Positions 39,801-47,563 are shown, numbered from the stretch's first letter. The stretch: 55,956 bases of DNA from a virus (IMGVR_UViG_3300032303_001999:1-55956); one strand, 5' to 3'. Numbers and translations: made by a program. Notes: generated from the sequence alone by a model not told the origin.

Positions 39801-42800
39801 GGCCACCAGAACGCTCTCCAGTCACGGACGGAGAAGGGACGCCAAAATCAGACCAAGCCTGTTTGTTGCCTTTTAACGCTTCTTGAATGCGGTTTAAGAC
39901 ATCATCCAGTTCAGCGCCTACCTTGGGATTTGCGGAAGAAAGAGCCTTACGCATCCGACTTAGGGATTTGTAAACGGCCATGATATACTGCTTAATCTGG
40001 GCGATAAGATCCTTAACCTTTGTTCCAACAGCTCTTTCTCCAGAAGCATATCGCCCTTGAGCGGCAGTCCGAAGCTCAACCCTGTTTTCGGTAAGGCCAG
40101 ATTTGTTTTCAATCTGACCAAGCTGTCTGAGCATTTCGCTCATTACCTGCATTGTTTTTACTTTGTCTCCTCCAAGATAAGTTCGGATTTCTTGAGCTCC
40201 AGCAGGGGAGGAATCAAAATCGGTATTTGGATCGTACAGGGAAATTGAAGAAATTAGTGCTTTTAGGACTTGTTCGTTGCCTTCCGCCACCTCAAGGATG
40301 TCGTTAAATTGCTTGTTTCTTCTCTCAACGTGGTAAGCCCCGTATTCTTCGGGTCTTAATCCCTTTGCCTTGGCCTCCTTAATTGAGACAGAAAAATCGC
40401 CAACATGAAGAAGTTCCTCGTGGAACGCTCTGTTGTTTAGTTCTGGATCTTGGGAATCTTGTAATTTGAAATAGCTTGGATCCACCTTGAGGGAGATAGA
40501 TCCATCGTCTCCAATGGTGGCGTTCATCGAGGTTCCGCCAATTTCGCCCTCTTCGTAGGACAGTTTTACCCCGTCCACGGATAGGCTTTTTGAAAGTTCC
40601 TCTGTCTTGGCTTTTGCCGATGCGATTCTGTCAACCGATGTGCCCCCAGAAAGCCTGTTCCCAGCTCTTTCCATTAACTTTTGCGGAGTGTTTAATAGTG
40701 GCTCTTCCTCTTGCTCGACCTCTCCTCGGTTTCTTCTCCATAGATCAGCGCCAGCCATTCCAGAGGCAGATGGTTCAAATGAATCTACCGCAAACTCTAG
40801 TCTCTCGATGTCTGCCTTGACCTCCTGATATCTTGAAATGGCTGGAACGTCTTTTGCAAACTTCTCGGCAAAAGCGGGCTCAAGAATTGTGTTTCCGTCA
40901 GTTGTGTGTTGAAAAATTGGAACGCCGTTAAGTTTGTATTTTTCAGACTCAATGGTCGGTTTGCCACCAGTAATCACAAATGCGGCCGCAATGGCCGCTT
41001 GTCTTGGACTTACATCGCTTTTGGAAGCTGGAGTATCGGAAAGAGATTGGATTTGCTCTCTGGCTTGGTTTTGAGATACGGCAAGGGTTTGAAGCGAGTT
41101 GGCTATGTCAGCCCTTACTGCCCAGTAATAGGCCTGTTTATTTGCATCAAGGCCCGCTGACAGCCTTGCATCCAATTCTTTACCAGCGGCAATCAGTCGT
41201 TCGGCTGGTTTTAATCCTTTTGCCTCTGGCTCAGACTCGGCGATTGGCCTTGCGTTGAGGACTACTTCTGATTGGCCTGTGGCCCCAAGGCTATTTGCCC
41301 ATGCTTCCCATCCCCCCATCGGAACGTCGGCTGACCCCTTTTTAAGTTCGTTTATGACTTGCTCGTGACCAGCCTCTTCGTTGCCTTCGATGCCATGGAT
41401 AAACCCAGAATATCCGCCTATAGTTGCACCGCCTAGGAAGCCGAGTGCTCCAGAATTGATGTAATCTTGCCAAGCCGACTTATCGTTTAGGGTTTGACCA
41501 GCCCCAAGTCTTTCTAGCCAAGTTTGACCGAATTCTGTTCCGCCTTCCAATGCGCCAGTCCATCCAAAACCAAGGAGACCAGCGATTGCCTTTGAATCTT
41601 TTGCTATGTTCTTAAATTTTTGCGGGATAAGGGGAAATTGTCCGTGAAACAAAACTTCAAGGCCCAGCTTGTCAGAAAGGCTTTCCATTCCGCCAGCCAC
41701 TATTCCAGTAGCCCAAACGCGAGCCAGATCCGTGCCAGTAATTTCTTCTCCAGATTTCTTTTTTTCGTCTACAAGGGTTGGATAAATTGTTCCAAGCTCT
41801 TGGGTAAAAGCGTTTGCGCCGATAAGTGCGGTTGAGCCAGCCCCTTTTGCTATTTGCTTAATTGCCTGTTCGGACGAGATTTTTACACCAGTCTTAACTG
41901 AGGTTTCTTCAATTTCCTTGGCAATCATTTTCCCGACAAGTTTCCCAGCCGCTTCGCGCACCATGCCTTTGGCAACCGCTCCAGTTCCGACTCCAGCTAA
42001 AGTTCCGAGCCCAGGCTCGGCCGCAGAACCCGCTATACCGCCAATAATCGACATGGCTACAGTTTCAGTCAGTTGGCCTCCAAGGTATCCAAGTCCATAG
42101 GTCATCCAGTCGACCATTGCCCCCACATCTCCATCTTTGGCCTTGGCCCATGCGGTTGTTACCTCGTCATTGTCTTGGTGAAGAGCCTCTGCACCAGCCA
42201 TGCCCTCCTTGTATCCGTTGTATCCCCAGTTCTTGACGTCTGTAGACACACCGCCTTGTCCAAAGAACTTTTCAGCCGTGGCTCCGCCCAAGGCTACCAT
42301 TCCCTTAACGATTGGGATGGTTTGGCGTAAGGCTACCTCGCCTCCTCGATAAATGTTTTTTAGATCTTTATAAGAATCGTCCCACTCGTCTTTTGTCGAT
42401 TGCCTTACAGCCTCGCTGTAGTTGGCGGCTTTCTGCTGAACAGCTTTAATCTCATTGTTAAGGGCTGTTTTGGCTTGCGGGTTTTCTTGGATGGCCTTGC
42501 TGGCCTTCACCGCAACTGAAATTGGGATATCCTTATTTTTGACAGCCTCTGGAAGTTTGTTGACTGCTTCTTTTGGATCCTCTGGAAGGATGGGTGGCTT
42601 GGGAGATTCCTTGGGGTTACCCAAGAAAACTCGCTGATTTGTTGCTCCAGCCATTTGGCTTGCTTGAGCGTCTATGCTTTCTTTTTGCGTCTTTGCTTCT
42701 TGTTTTGCGCTGTCGATAGTGTCTTTTTCAAGTTGCTGGGCTGATTCGAGGGACTGGTTGCCCATAATGACGCTTGGAAGCTTTTGCTTGAGGTCGGCCT

Positions 42801-44208
42801 CGAGGACGTTGATGGCCCTGTTGGATGCGTCAATTTCATCCTGTGGCGCTCCAGATTTGATAAGTTCATTGTGCTGGGCAATTGCCAGATCCGTTTTCTT
42901 TCGCAACAGAGTCCATACAGCCCTCGCGTTAATTGCGGGCTTTTTTATCTCGTCGGTATATTCGGAGAGTTTCTGCTTGCGATTTTCTAGGTTTGCATCG
43001 ACTGATTTCTTGGCTTGTTCCGCCTCTTTCCGTACTCCCTTTGCTTCTTCGGATTCTGGTAGGCCGATCATCATTCCGTTAACTGCGGAAGGGATCATGC
43101 CCTCAAGAGCTTTGGGAAGGGCAGGGGCTTCTGGGTCGAGATTGCCTAAATTGAGGGACGATGCTGATTCTTGTAGTGCTTTATATATCGGATCATCCTT
43201 GGGGTCGCTTGACTTGGAGCCGTCAGCTTTGACAATGCCTTGCTTGCGAACGTCTTGACCTCTTTGCATGAGGGCATTGAAGGTTGCTTCTTTTTTCTTT
43301 TGGTTTCCAAGTTCCGCTTGGAGCATTTTGTGTTTCGCGAGTTGCGATTCTTTTTCATTTAGCTCCTTTGTGCGGGCCATTTCTTCGTCTGCTATTTTCT
43401 TGGCGTATTCCGCTCTTTGGTCGTCTGTTGCGTCCGCGGATATTGGAGGCGGGTTGTTTTTGGCTGTTTCTATTTGGCTCTTAAGATCTCCAATCCCAGC
43501 CCGCAGCTCGTCTTCGGTTGCCTTTAGACCCTTGAATGCCTCGCCGTAAATCTGGTCGTCTCTATTCGTCCTTGCGGGTCTGGCAACATTCCGAATGGCC
43601 TCGTCGTCAGAATTAACAAGCTCATCAATGCTCCCGATCCTCTTGGATTTGCGGGTTGCGTCACGCTCTGGAGTCGCACCCTCGACTTGGGGTTTGCCCA
43701 TGGGGACTCGATAGATTGCATTTGGATCTTCCCCGTAGTCTTTATTCCCTGTCTTAATTTGGACTGGAACTTCTGGCTTGTTGATTGGGTTACCAAATTC
43801 GTCAAACTTTGTTGTACCGCCCAGCTCGTTTGGGGTTTCCCCAGATCCCCACTCCAGAGTTGCCATTCCCTTGTTGTCGGACGTGACTTTTGGCTCAACG
43901 CCTCCGCCAGCTACTTGCCGATGTTTTACTCCAGCGGTATCTAGGGTGCGTTCGGTCTGGGCATTGGAGCGATCCTCCGAGGCCTTCGCTTCTTGTTTTG
44001 CAATCTGGTTAAGTTTGTTGGCGTCGCTTCTTGAAATGTAAGTCGGGGTAGGGGCGGGTTTGGGGTTTTGCGCTTCCAGCGCATCTTCTCGTTTCTTGCG
44101 AACACGAGCCAATAATTTGTCTGCTTCGTCTGGTTCGGGGCCAGCAAAAGCAGTTCCTTGGATGCGGTTAGGGCGTACCGAGGGATTCAGCTCGCTGGGC
44201 AATCCCAT
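27880..44208 (-). CDS. Giant polyvalent/ejection-type protein: hydrophobic N-region, ddrB-ParB-like domain, strawberry-notch SF2 helicase, GYF_2, sigma-70-like module, HExxH peptidase, coiled coil, helical C-terminus
   Basis: 5442-aa ORF; GAPIL...IVSGHGR; GHEMGVGKGR, FILDESH, SSAT, QMLGRTNR; TIHEYKH...HEFVTE. Confidence 0.85.
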   Translation of the reverse strand: MGLPSELNPSVRPNRIQGTAFAGPEPDEADKLLARVRKKREDALEAQNPKPAPTPTYISRSDANKLNQIAKQEAKASEDRSNAQTERTLDTAGVKHRQVAGGGVEPKVTSDNKGMATLEWGSGETPNELGGTTKFDEFGNPINKPEVPVQIKTGNKDYGEDPNAIYRVPMGKPQVEGATPERDATRKSKRIGSIDELVNSDDEAIRNVARPARTNRDDQIYGEAFKGLKATEDELRAGIGDLKSQIETAKNNPPPISADATDDQRAEYAKKIADEEMARTKELNEKESQLAKHKMLQAELGNQKKKEATFNALMQRGQDVRKQGIVKADGSKSSDPKDDPIYKALQESASSLNLGNLDPEAPALPKALEGMIPSAVNGMMIGLPESEEAKGVRKEAEQAKKSVDANLENRKQKLSEYTDEIKKPAINARAVWTLLRKKTDLAIAQHNELIKSGAPQDEIDASNRAINVLEADLKQKLPSVIMGNQSLESAQQLEKDTIDSAKQEAKTQKESIDAQASQMAGATNQRVFLGNPKESPKPPILPEDPKEAVNKLPEAVKNKDIPISVAVKASKAIQENPQAKTALNNEIKAVQQKAANYSEAVRQSTKDEWDDSYKDLKNIYRGGEVALRQTIPIVKGMVALGGATAEKFFGQGGVSTDVKNWGYNGYKEGMAGAEALHQDNDEVTTAWAKAKDGDVGAMVDWMTYGLGYLGGQLTETVAMSIIGGIAGSAAEPGLGTLAGVGTGAVAKGMVREAAGKLVGKMIAKEIEETSVKTGVKISSEQAIKQIAKGAGSTALIGANAFTQELGTIYPTLVDEKKKSGEEITGTDLARVWATGIVAGGMESLSDKLGLEVLFHGQFPLIPQKFKNIAKDSKAIAGLLGFGWTGALEGGTEFGQTWLERLGAGQTLNDKSAWQDYINSGALGFLGGATIGGYSGFIHGIEGNEEAGHEQVINELKKGSADVPMGGWEAWANSLGATGQSEVVLNARPIAESEPEAKGLKPAERLIAAGKELDARLSAGLDANKQAYYWAVRADIANSLQTLAVSQNQAREQIQSLSDTPASKSDVSPRQAAIAAAFVITGGKPTIESEKYKLNGVPIFQHTTDGNTILEPAFAEKFAKDVPAISRYQEVKADIERLEFAVDSFEPSASGMAGADLWRRNRGEVEQEEEPLLNTPQKLMERAGNRLSGGTSVDRIASAKAKTEELSKSLSVDGVKLSYEEGEIGGTSMNATIGDDGSISLKVDPSYFKLQDSQDPELNNRAFHEELLHVGDFSVSIKEAKAKGLRPEEYGAYHVERRNKQFNDILEVAEGNEQVLKALISSISLYDPNTDFDSSPAGAQEIRTYLGGDKVKTMQVMSEMLRQLGQIENKSGLTENRVELRTAAQGRYASGERAVGTKVKDLIAQIKQYIMAVYKSLSRMRKALSSANPKVGAELDDVLNRIQEALKGNKQAWSDFGVPSPSVTGERSGGLVQPNLPSTGANPRPTTAPAQEAQTQPEPVTEQVEPPAPPTPPEPPAPPAPPVPPAPPAPKAKENTIKAFTQGFTGSTIVGNPKIIEATEAKDMEGTDIQPRNRKDRDAYKTQIETMARNWDPDKAMPGTSTGDGAPILTDKNEIVSGHGRIKAMIEMFRRYPERAAAYRAKLMEKFPEMAEQIRSMKMPIVVTEMDLMASFEESNKTATGLGVNKTPEQFLRRLAVRANTGTLATEELAVSDAREIQDNPELRDIKQNENGDLSESPESVAIQQKFFEIFGSPQQYRNNDESFTKAFKDRVTSALLADAIASSNNGVISDSEKIIISAITDPENGNSGIKTLAAALTKSVTRLVSLRQIATEVLGAEKAEKLDPLVPIAKSLQAYLEAKRAGGVNTPKDWQSFVENNRSQIPGLAENILDQTAADVFQPIYDFRDSSAKLSSYLNNLASELEAKIQDRKDMGETDIFGQPIPLVDDYAGTISSAAQKAVEKTLAKTRPSSSLSSRGLPAPDPREEQIDKDQEKAELQESWTPVGEEESKKIDGYYSLGLSSPANLAPEQRFAFDELVKEVGPIPQYVSKTLGIPLDKIFKRDDGEERLSAEALETIALTINQIDKGKSVIIGHEMGVGKGRPVGALIFTYALPKGLIPVFVTKSEPLYVAMMDDIEDVGFEGQIKPLITNNNWSSMRSKGRPVTMKNPIQKLRLIAQSGKLPSEHNAIFTTYAQISSSAKKDVIPALNAIADRAIFILDESHTAAGTDSSIGEFFRSVIPRSRGAVFSSATAIKSPANIATYFPKTSIPMAVPTASEFERLAKRFGNPFMQMTSSMLARAGQMFRLQSGFTWKGQKIPFIPTPIKAKQEVIDAHNAANEILGEMRQIEIGEKMKKLTEQLVVDAQEEYEGTTAKALIYPLSGQFHNVAANMVLGAKIKDTADLAEAEIKAGRKAFISLDTTGETFLRDAREIMEGGSLQSYDKTAKVTFKDFMERYARKLNTNKVKIEPADEKSNAPALEFTIDWNKTNGKSRIPSWVSQKSIELHDSLMETGFKDLALIIKDNAETLNKLPISPFDALRAELQRRQILSGEISGRDIVVTPSGEFAQRSMTDQDKQNALLGFRNSENLRALVVGRPASTGMSAQDDPRNKVAAPRTHIVMQPAADITDTLQMLGRTNRNSQQSLPKLIYIYSEDIPAEARIMAMTQKKMRRLGASTTGKDATAAGENLGLDMLNTYGDNAVARVLANEPELRTAYNTRAGTNFPEKYDDIRRILTSGEPGDGMRRMIHKALILDIEDQRHFFEEITAEYVAMVDFAKQNGTYELESQEKDYKAEKLSDEKAWDAYGVASSDKTLPQKNADKLYFYANPEGGEVLGPVTLRELNAGLVLGTPRFSSKISKDTLVYKASENTTSFGSEILLKAQNELEDGSGNWTQLEDVLRDNPSVPESKSGEDAFSKPARIAKYRFNNPIPPPTSAELIPTLEKAKQQAETAVSDFLKASDSVLKDKLARISSNPRMEQLAKVRALENTRKKSAEVRANVERALDLVGKGAWFGKDTKQIPSYVVGVELNNRFPHAESRQYLVLQTSGFENKVRIPLQASELAHVNPFKVSLDKSPIGENEAPTRDPSVPIANLPTGIYRNTDGSGLVVFMRGSRRVDVDTLPPEQLREVNAVAYEMAVQMHESGMEESEIENRVFNEAINKVLTTGDNALDPDSWNRYVEEKMPESRKGDGFGKTYDRSRQNATQRDQFVVEGNLLTGANFVSSMFGANVPAAVTTFTTKDGGKTTGVVMPAGVNSDNLVNLKSEVAKGQGSLLGPVGKVMDNIMDEEGKPRPVVFSDGSMISGHNLYIPDKAFLDDKNEGYRKEALDNSNAIATMIVAKINQGHDAWMYRGPKNGFSLRSRGLKREAGQGRAKEQVVEGFLTDDNAKDFAPEGVIGRNIRYKAMKASDDGWLQAGNLGEDEIHENLYDYAIALQAQINQRHGQNTKGELIENVPNFILSAVDNRIKQMQEEAKNRETISKDAPISGTFNEEGDVEQEEASVGDYMALKEAPESNKELYDKLEKVMASLADSDRKIFMMYVSGASYQQISETPEAYKSRNVGNLDGEVAPDRTWVFKHIQSLKGQLSKYANFLGIDAPTAKEDQEPTEASPMEGFKAIEETKGQMTLFSRGLVSYLDKNAGNSVLFRDLLTAVANEPDALPSQRALAKLLTTPNTKQSMMTAGLYVPAEINPDPTFVRSYYKPSKEGNGMVVLSLNGIKNSGEPIETTIHEYKHVLTHNLLVKEGIGTATGKKELDRLVEYANRPDIEMDAEGNPLPLASGSKGGYKPLKALIKAYLAAVNVSKDTAGNPVADAVFGTGLASTYDVTLHMAPYEEPIGQDGIHMKAEITSENTFPLLKYLKDQGLEGTRPMGRNSGMSLVASKGSPDFVFLNQTDEEALGGMETNGVQNTTLVLTPSGIEKLRQQNLEPLFYASYKVRATAPMFRTKVTDIQTDPQKVRSIYYGLGNIHEFVTEMYSDSRFQTEMASIPGQAGIEINGNLKEYMQALAAELPQEARNAMMQNSAIKPTILTQGQSAALELSSQPFDFMKMVENLRQGNVEKKLEQATLFSRGIKIQDKDRNNIDVLKTKLLQLHKKKHGSYQKEDDGYYRPVPPQSLSPQEEALYTMLMNKAREEKWPGIAFQSDLMQVDESVKPPAPAEDLVLEQESAVPKPKMEQLSLFSRGLMEVSSALSGESPMAKAVEALPKGGLYGKQRENAFTDFMQNAMLPESFEAKYQGKGLSPVKLRAEYLKQNPEVLKRLLYKESGKNPSTKLYSRGLPPMPEEEPINNGAQQAPLNDLLASFLGASGSVITDEEIDATYQRASEENAPYEVGAPYVGQDVRSAGPFANDQFRDVQRVARELRRPTDTVETDASVEAAARALVATHKAQLYEDLLEGTLETSATNQAAVYLALAEDAKTAKTPEQLREIAILTMANDIQRTNLARAFRIGRDSQMTPEERNRSFFNAELYRRSPDSNELYKNAISRTLKKRTIAGHNEQIAILQAELDKAKSQAGEAFNANEQWQKWGAYMEGRIKEFQDANQLWADQLDKYQVLEQESARKIEALQAELAKANTSLEQMDWETAQLKIRESKSAQDVLDTIKMSKDDAEAIRLVMAGMVPMAAAKQAGIKPARVMQLMKSLETNTKQRFDQVAGELATQGITRSQLKAKLTAFANGASLRSRGIEANQEEAPLTKEEILAEIVSAMGFDYAGQSDTSGKADWHNVDGKSSLFDWRKPSNIGVAMQMVRRSQGKQASIGDAVFEAHVALLVSSTSTQLANVSKTPLTFLNPFYRMVEAGMSYIMGKAGLNVRLPDGTIGNPYASLSDVVNGATDEAKLGFMAMLPSVINGTRYARLAFNTEKPYYNIDHTDATMLDEGDQKFYENDPKIPGPLGKKVRLPLRALLAADEFAKSFAAETLVGSIAFRMAKAKGLKGQEIVDYVRNQVSEFGSDSWKIAVERSSRETLNEDVADNKDEPFTFKRLGKAAPRALNKLSRSISDLSKNLESWGFDPNNGARAVTAPVAFTGSMGLQVLRGLTLFARISYNVLARGLAFTPIGLADSAIGAMNSIKKNREGQRFMDLSNYENSVAGLTEGAIGTAILMALFRSMEGDKDDDKKFLLITGPAAQADSAGRTTRYGHRSYMIRIGDKEFDISRIEPFASTMGFGVALGTAVKDAVHRGGGIAVSQNLVGDFSRILAQKTFGGQLRTAKTLFVDWNVVDPVIDFASVFTAPPAARGLIEASRDYVSRTKSEEPSLLNKDRMLSKFAPLVGAYPNATGYRTPYAYDYEGKKVVKPFTEVVPNSTAGKVAKFALRNLSPVAVYKKKPASKLNRFVESYNRQQISTDGKTWILNSPRAEITDPYSKKKVRLTLREQETLNSIVQPQLQALFEVNITEADIANPTDAKKKKIQDLASKLRNKYEEQIVRQRYAMSDAKQTK
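27894..27904 (-). promoter_or_regulatory. Motif copy GAGCGACGCAA inside 3' end of giant gene
   Basis: 59 bp upstream of portal ATG 27845. Confidence 0.6.
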
Positions 44209-44210
44209 TG

Positions 44211-45452
44211 CTACGATTTCCTAGGGAATGGGCCTGGGCCAGCATACTTTTTGTTTAGTTCATTTACGCTGTTTTGGCGTGCGGCTTGACGTTTCCGTTC
44301 CATCGCGTCGGCATTGTCTTGTTTTTGATTTTCCCCTGCGTTTGCAAAAGCCTTTGCTCTTTGATTGTACTCGGCTTGCGAGCTTGCTGGTTTGTTGGTC
44401 ATTGGGCCGACAGCTACAGTTTCCGTTTCTGGCTTGTAATTATACCCAGCTCTTAGAAGCGCATTTGCATCGGAGCCTCCTCTTGGAGTTTCATTAAAAT
44501 CAATCGTGCCCCCTCTTGCGCCAGAAGTGATATTCTCTTGATACCCTCCAAGCGGGGAAAGTTCTGGAGGTTTTTCTTTCTGCCTAAAAGATTTTCCTCC
44601 GTCTGGGCCATTTGGATTCCCAAACATCTTTTCGTTTGCGGATTGTTTTCTAGCCAACAATTCAGAATCTTGGTTGTATTGCTTTTTAATTCCTTCCCTT
44701 GCGTCTTGAGCGTTGTTTCGCTCTGCCGCCAAGGCCATGCGTTCGCCCGCATCCCGAGTGCGGTACATTGCGGCATTGGCGGTTTCCTGTCTTGCAGTTG
44801 CTTCGTCAGCCCCTGCTTGGTCATACTTTGGCTCCGTTGGACCTCGATATGTGTCTAGCCTTGGCCCCTTGGAAGTCTCTTGCGTTGGGGTTTGGGTTGG
44901 CTCTGGAGCTGGAGTTGTGGGGGGATTAATTGCGCTCATTGAAGTACTTTGAGCTGTCTGAGGGGTGGACTCTGGTACTCGCGGCTTGTTTTCTGTCGGG
45001 GCAGGGGGAGTTACTTCTGCTCCTCCGTTGACTGCGTCTACTAATGAGGTGGATGGCGTGCGAGAAACTCTTCCTCGAGAACCCCCGCCTTCAAGTGCCG
45101 CATATTGGGATGCCGCTTTTTTCCTTGCCTCGTCAGGAGCATTTTCGAGGTTTGTGGTTTGTTTCTTATTGGAATCCATCCCGCTATTGTTTGATGTCGG
45201 TGTTCCAAATACGTTAATTCCAGCTCCTTGGAGTGCCGCATATTCTGGGCTGGCCTTTGCCATTTTCATCCCTTTGGCCGAGCGTCCGTACTTTTCGTAA
45301 ATGCCCATTACAGAAGCTTTAAGGGTTTCTGGTGAAACATTTTCGGTTTCATCAACTGGGCTTGGGCCTCCGTAAACAGGGGAAGCCCCGCCACCTACTC
45401 CACCTTCAAACTTTTTGTTTCTGTAAATTCCAGTTAAATCTTGTAGGGCCAT
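44211..45452 (-). CDS. Low-complexity putative internal virion/ejection protein
   Basis: 413 aa, P/T/Q/G-rich, directly upstream of giant gene. Confidence 0.65.
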   Translation of the reverse strand: MALQDLTGIYRNKKFEGGVGGGASPVYGGPSPVDETENVSPETLKASVMGIYEKYGRSAKGMKMAKASPEYAALQGAGINVFGTPTSNNSGMDSNKKQTTNLENAPDEARKKAASQYAALEGGGSRGRVSRTPSTSLVDAVNGGAEVTPPAPTENKPRVPESTPQTAQSTSMSAINPPTTPAPEPTQTPTQETSKGPRLDTYRGPTEPKYDQAGADEATARQETANAAMYRTRDAGERMALAAERNNAQDAREGIKKQYNQDSELLARKQSANEKMFGNPNGPDGGKSFRQKEKPPELSPLGGYQENITSGARGGTIDFNETPRGGSDANALLRAGYNYKPETETVAVGPMTNKPASSQAEYNQRAKAFANAGENQKQDNADAMERKRQAARQNSVNELNKKYAGPGPFPRKS

Positions 45453-45501
45453 CTACAACAACTGGCCAAGGGAAGTTAGCCCTCAACTGATTTTATGCTT
45501 G

Positions 45502-45512
45502 ATGCGACGCAT
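45502..45512. promoter_or_regulatory. Perfect palindrome ATGCGACGCAT at terminase stop
   Basis: 60 bp upstream of ATG 45452. Confidence 0.8.
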
Positions 45513-47260
45513 TAGGAGTAGCTGGCAACAGGGGTTCTAGCCATATAGATTGGCTGAAGATCCTTCGGCAAAGTTCTTACCGCCGCTGGCGTGTTAAATC
45601 TAGTAGCCCCCGCAATAGTGGTAATTCCAATAGCTATTGCCAGAACATCGTCATCGTGCCTCCCAGCGGCCGCCTCGGATCTACCGCTTTCGGTAATAAC
45701 GAAGGTTTTTAGTTCCTCGATGGCGTGACGACAATATATGTCAATTCCAGACCCTTTTTCATCGTGGTCTCTAATAGCTGACGCAAGTTCCTCAATGACA
45801 ATACGTCTGGTCTTGTCTGTGGTCTGCCATCCCAAGGCTTTGCTACGCCTAGATTCTCGTAAATTGAAGATTTCACGCTGATAAAGGTTAACGCTGGACT
45901 CTTTAAGTAACTCAATAAGAGCCAGTCCTGGGCCGTTGACCTCTGGGACTACCAAACACCCTCCATAATGCAGGGAAAGTCTCTCTATAAACTCGGCCAA
46001 TACGTCAATATCGACTCGGCATGGAGGTCTTACCCTTGCCACGAGGGCAGGGCGGATCCACGAGCCGTCAGCATCAAAGTATCCAGCCCTTAAAACGACT
46101 ACAGAGTGGGAATCTGGGTCAGATCCAGAGACTTGGGAGTTTCCTGTCATGCAATCTGCTGAAATTAGGTATCTGCCGTTCTCTTTGGGGTTTTCCCATA
46201 TCCACGCCCAACTTTCGGCCATAGAACAGCTCCTAAATATGGGTTTTGTGAAGTTAGTAGGGACGTCGATTGTCCCATAAATTGGATCTTTTATGGTTTT
46301 TTCAAGGGCGGAGATTCCAGATAGGTCAAAACGAGGCCGTCCAGACGCCAAAAAGCAACTGATCGGGTCAGAAGGGTACTCTTGCTCAAATTGCTTAACA
46401 TCTCCACCGCACTTCTCCTTGATAACTCGGCGTCTCCACGCCAATTGATTGTCTGTCAGCAAAAATTCGTCCCTTAAAGATTGCTCCTTAAAGGACAGAT
46501 CAAGAGGCTCCGTATCTATTTCTTGGTTTTCCTCGAAGTTATGCCAAGCGGCGAAGATTCGGATGTATCCGTTTCCTGTTTTACCGCTTTTGTACTCGTC
46601 AAATGTGACCGCACTCTGCCATGTGTTGTAAAAAGCACCGCCAGCTCCGTTTGGGGTGGATTCCTCGATGACGATTGTGTTAGGTGAGGTGGGTACGCAG
46701 TTACGAATAGCCAACAGGATCTTCTCCCCAGACCGCTCCCCAGCTCGACGATAGTGGGCAACCTCGGAGCAGAGAAGGGCTTGGAGTGTCATGGATCGCC
46801 CTGCACCAGGATCGTTGGCGGTTTCCTTGGCTATTCGGCTTCCGTTGGATAATTCGCCTCGTGACACGCTGAATGTTTGCCCCCAGTCGAGGTTGTCGTT
46901 TTCTACATACCGATTGACCATATTCAAAAGGTTCTGGGAAGTATCCAGCTCGTCACCCAGAACACAGGCCGTGGCGTTTTCGGTGCTACGAATGAAATGG
47001 GTTATAACGGCAGCCGTTATAGTGCTTGAACCCATCTGCCGAGGCTTCAAAACAACAAGCCGAATGGGCTTTTGATTCTTTTTTAGCCAGCGGATGACTT
47101 GGGCAACGTGCTTCTGAAGATAGTTAGCCCTTGGGCTTACCAGTTTTGCGTCCTTAGTAAGGATTTTTGTGTAGGTCTCCCACCACGCAAGGAAATCGGC
47201 TTTTGCAACCGCCTCGATGGTTTCGAGAGTTACTTGCGCTTTTTCTTGTTCTTCGGCCAT
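45512..47260 (-). CDS. terL: Terminase large subunit
   Basis: VLKPRQMGSST Walker A, LLCSE Walker B, ESTPNG, FEQEYP, ISAD and HDDDV nuclease motifs; likely start MAEEQEK. Confidence 0.92.
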   Translation of the reverse strand: MAEEQEKAQVTLETIEAVAKADFLAWWETYTKILTKDAKLVSPRANYLQKHVAQVIRWLKKNQKPIRLVVLKPRQMGSSTITAAVITHFIRSTENATACVLGDELDTSQNLLNMVNRYVENDNLDWGQTFSVSRGELSNGSRIAKETANDPGAGRSMTLQALLCSEVAHYRRAGERSGEKILLAIRNCVPTSPNTIVIEESTPNGAGGAFYNTWQSAVTFDEYKSGKTGNGYIRIFAAWHNFEENQEIDTEPLDLSFKEQSLRDEFLLTDNQLAWRRRVIKEKCGGDVKQFEQEYPSDPISCFLASGRPRFDLSGISALEKTIKDPIYGTIDVPTNFTKPIFRSCSMAESWAWIWENPKENGRYLISADCMTGNSQVSGSDPDSHSVVVLRAGYFDADGSWIRPALVARVRPPCRVDIDVLAEFIERLSLHYGGCLVVPEVNGPGLALIELLKESSVNLYQREIFNLRESRRSKALGWQTTDKTRRIVIEELASAIRDHDEKGSGIDIYCRHAIEELKTFVITESGRSEAAAGRHDDDVLAIAIGITTIAGATRFNTPAAVRTLPKDLQPIYMARTPVASYS

Positions 47261-47370
47261 GACCAGTAGATTTCGGTGCCATGCCCAGACCCAAGGGTGG
47301 CGGTCTTCCACTCACCGAATTTGTTGGCTTTGCGTTTTTCTGAAAGGCTTTTGAGCTTATTCTTTTTCAT
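47230..47370 (-). CDS. Small Lys-rich hypothetical protein (46 aa)
   Basis: Own translation MKKNKLKSLSEKRKANKFGEWKTATLGSGHGTEIYWSWPKNKKKRK; fills gap. Confidence 0.45.
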   Translation of the reverse strand: MKKNKLKSLSEKRKANKFGEWKTATLGSGHGTEIYWSWPKNKKKRK

Positions 47371-47563
47371 GTTTCCACCAGTCGGCGGAGTCAGTTGGCT
47401 TGGCTTTTTTGGCTAGTTCTGAAATTGTTTTTCTGGCCTCCCGAAGCCCAATGGTAAGCCGAACGCATGGGGTTCCGTTTTTGTCTAAAAAACATTCAAG
47501 GAAACCCTCTGAATGAAGGTAAGCTATGGCCGCTAGGGCTTCTTTTTCTCGGTTATAGCTCAT
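47357..47563 (-). CDS. Hypothetical protein
   Basis: MSYNREKEALAAIAYL...DSADWWK. Confidence 0.55.
   Translation of the reverse strand: MSYNREKEALAAIAYLHSEGFLECFLDKNGTPCVRLTIGLREARKTISELAKKAKPTDSADWWKHEKE

Noticed and set aside
40405-40422. Second active metallopeptidase (HEELLH)
   Set aside because: Spacing deviates from HExxH; it may be a degenerate zincin-like domain, but activity cannot be supported from the motif alone
27880-44208. Virion RNA polymerase in the giant protein
   Set aside because: No DxDGD-type or single-subunit RNAP motifs recognised; a very divergent one cannot be excluded without profile searches
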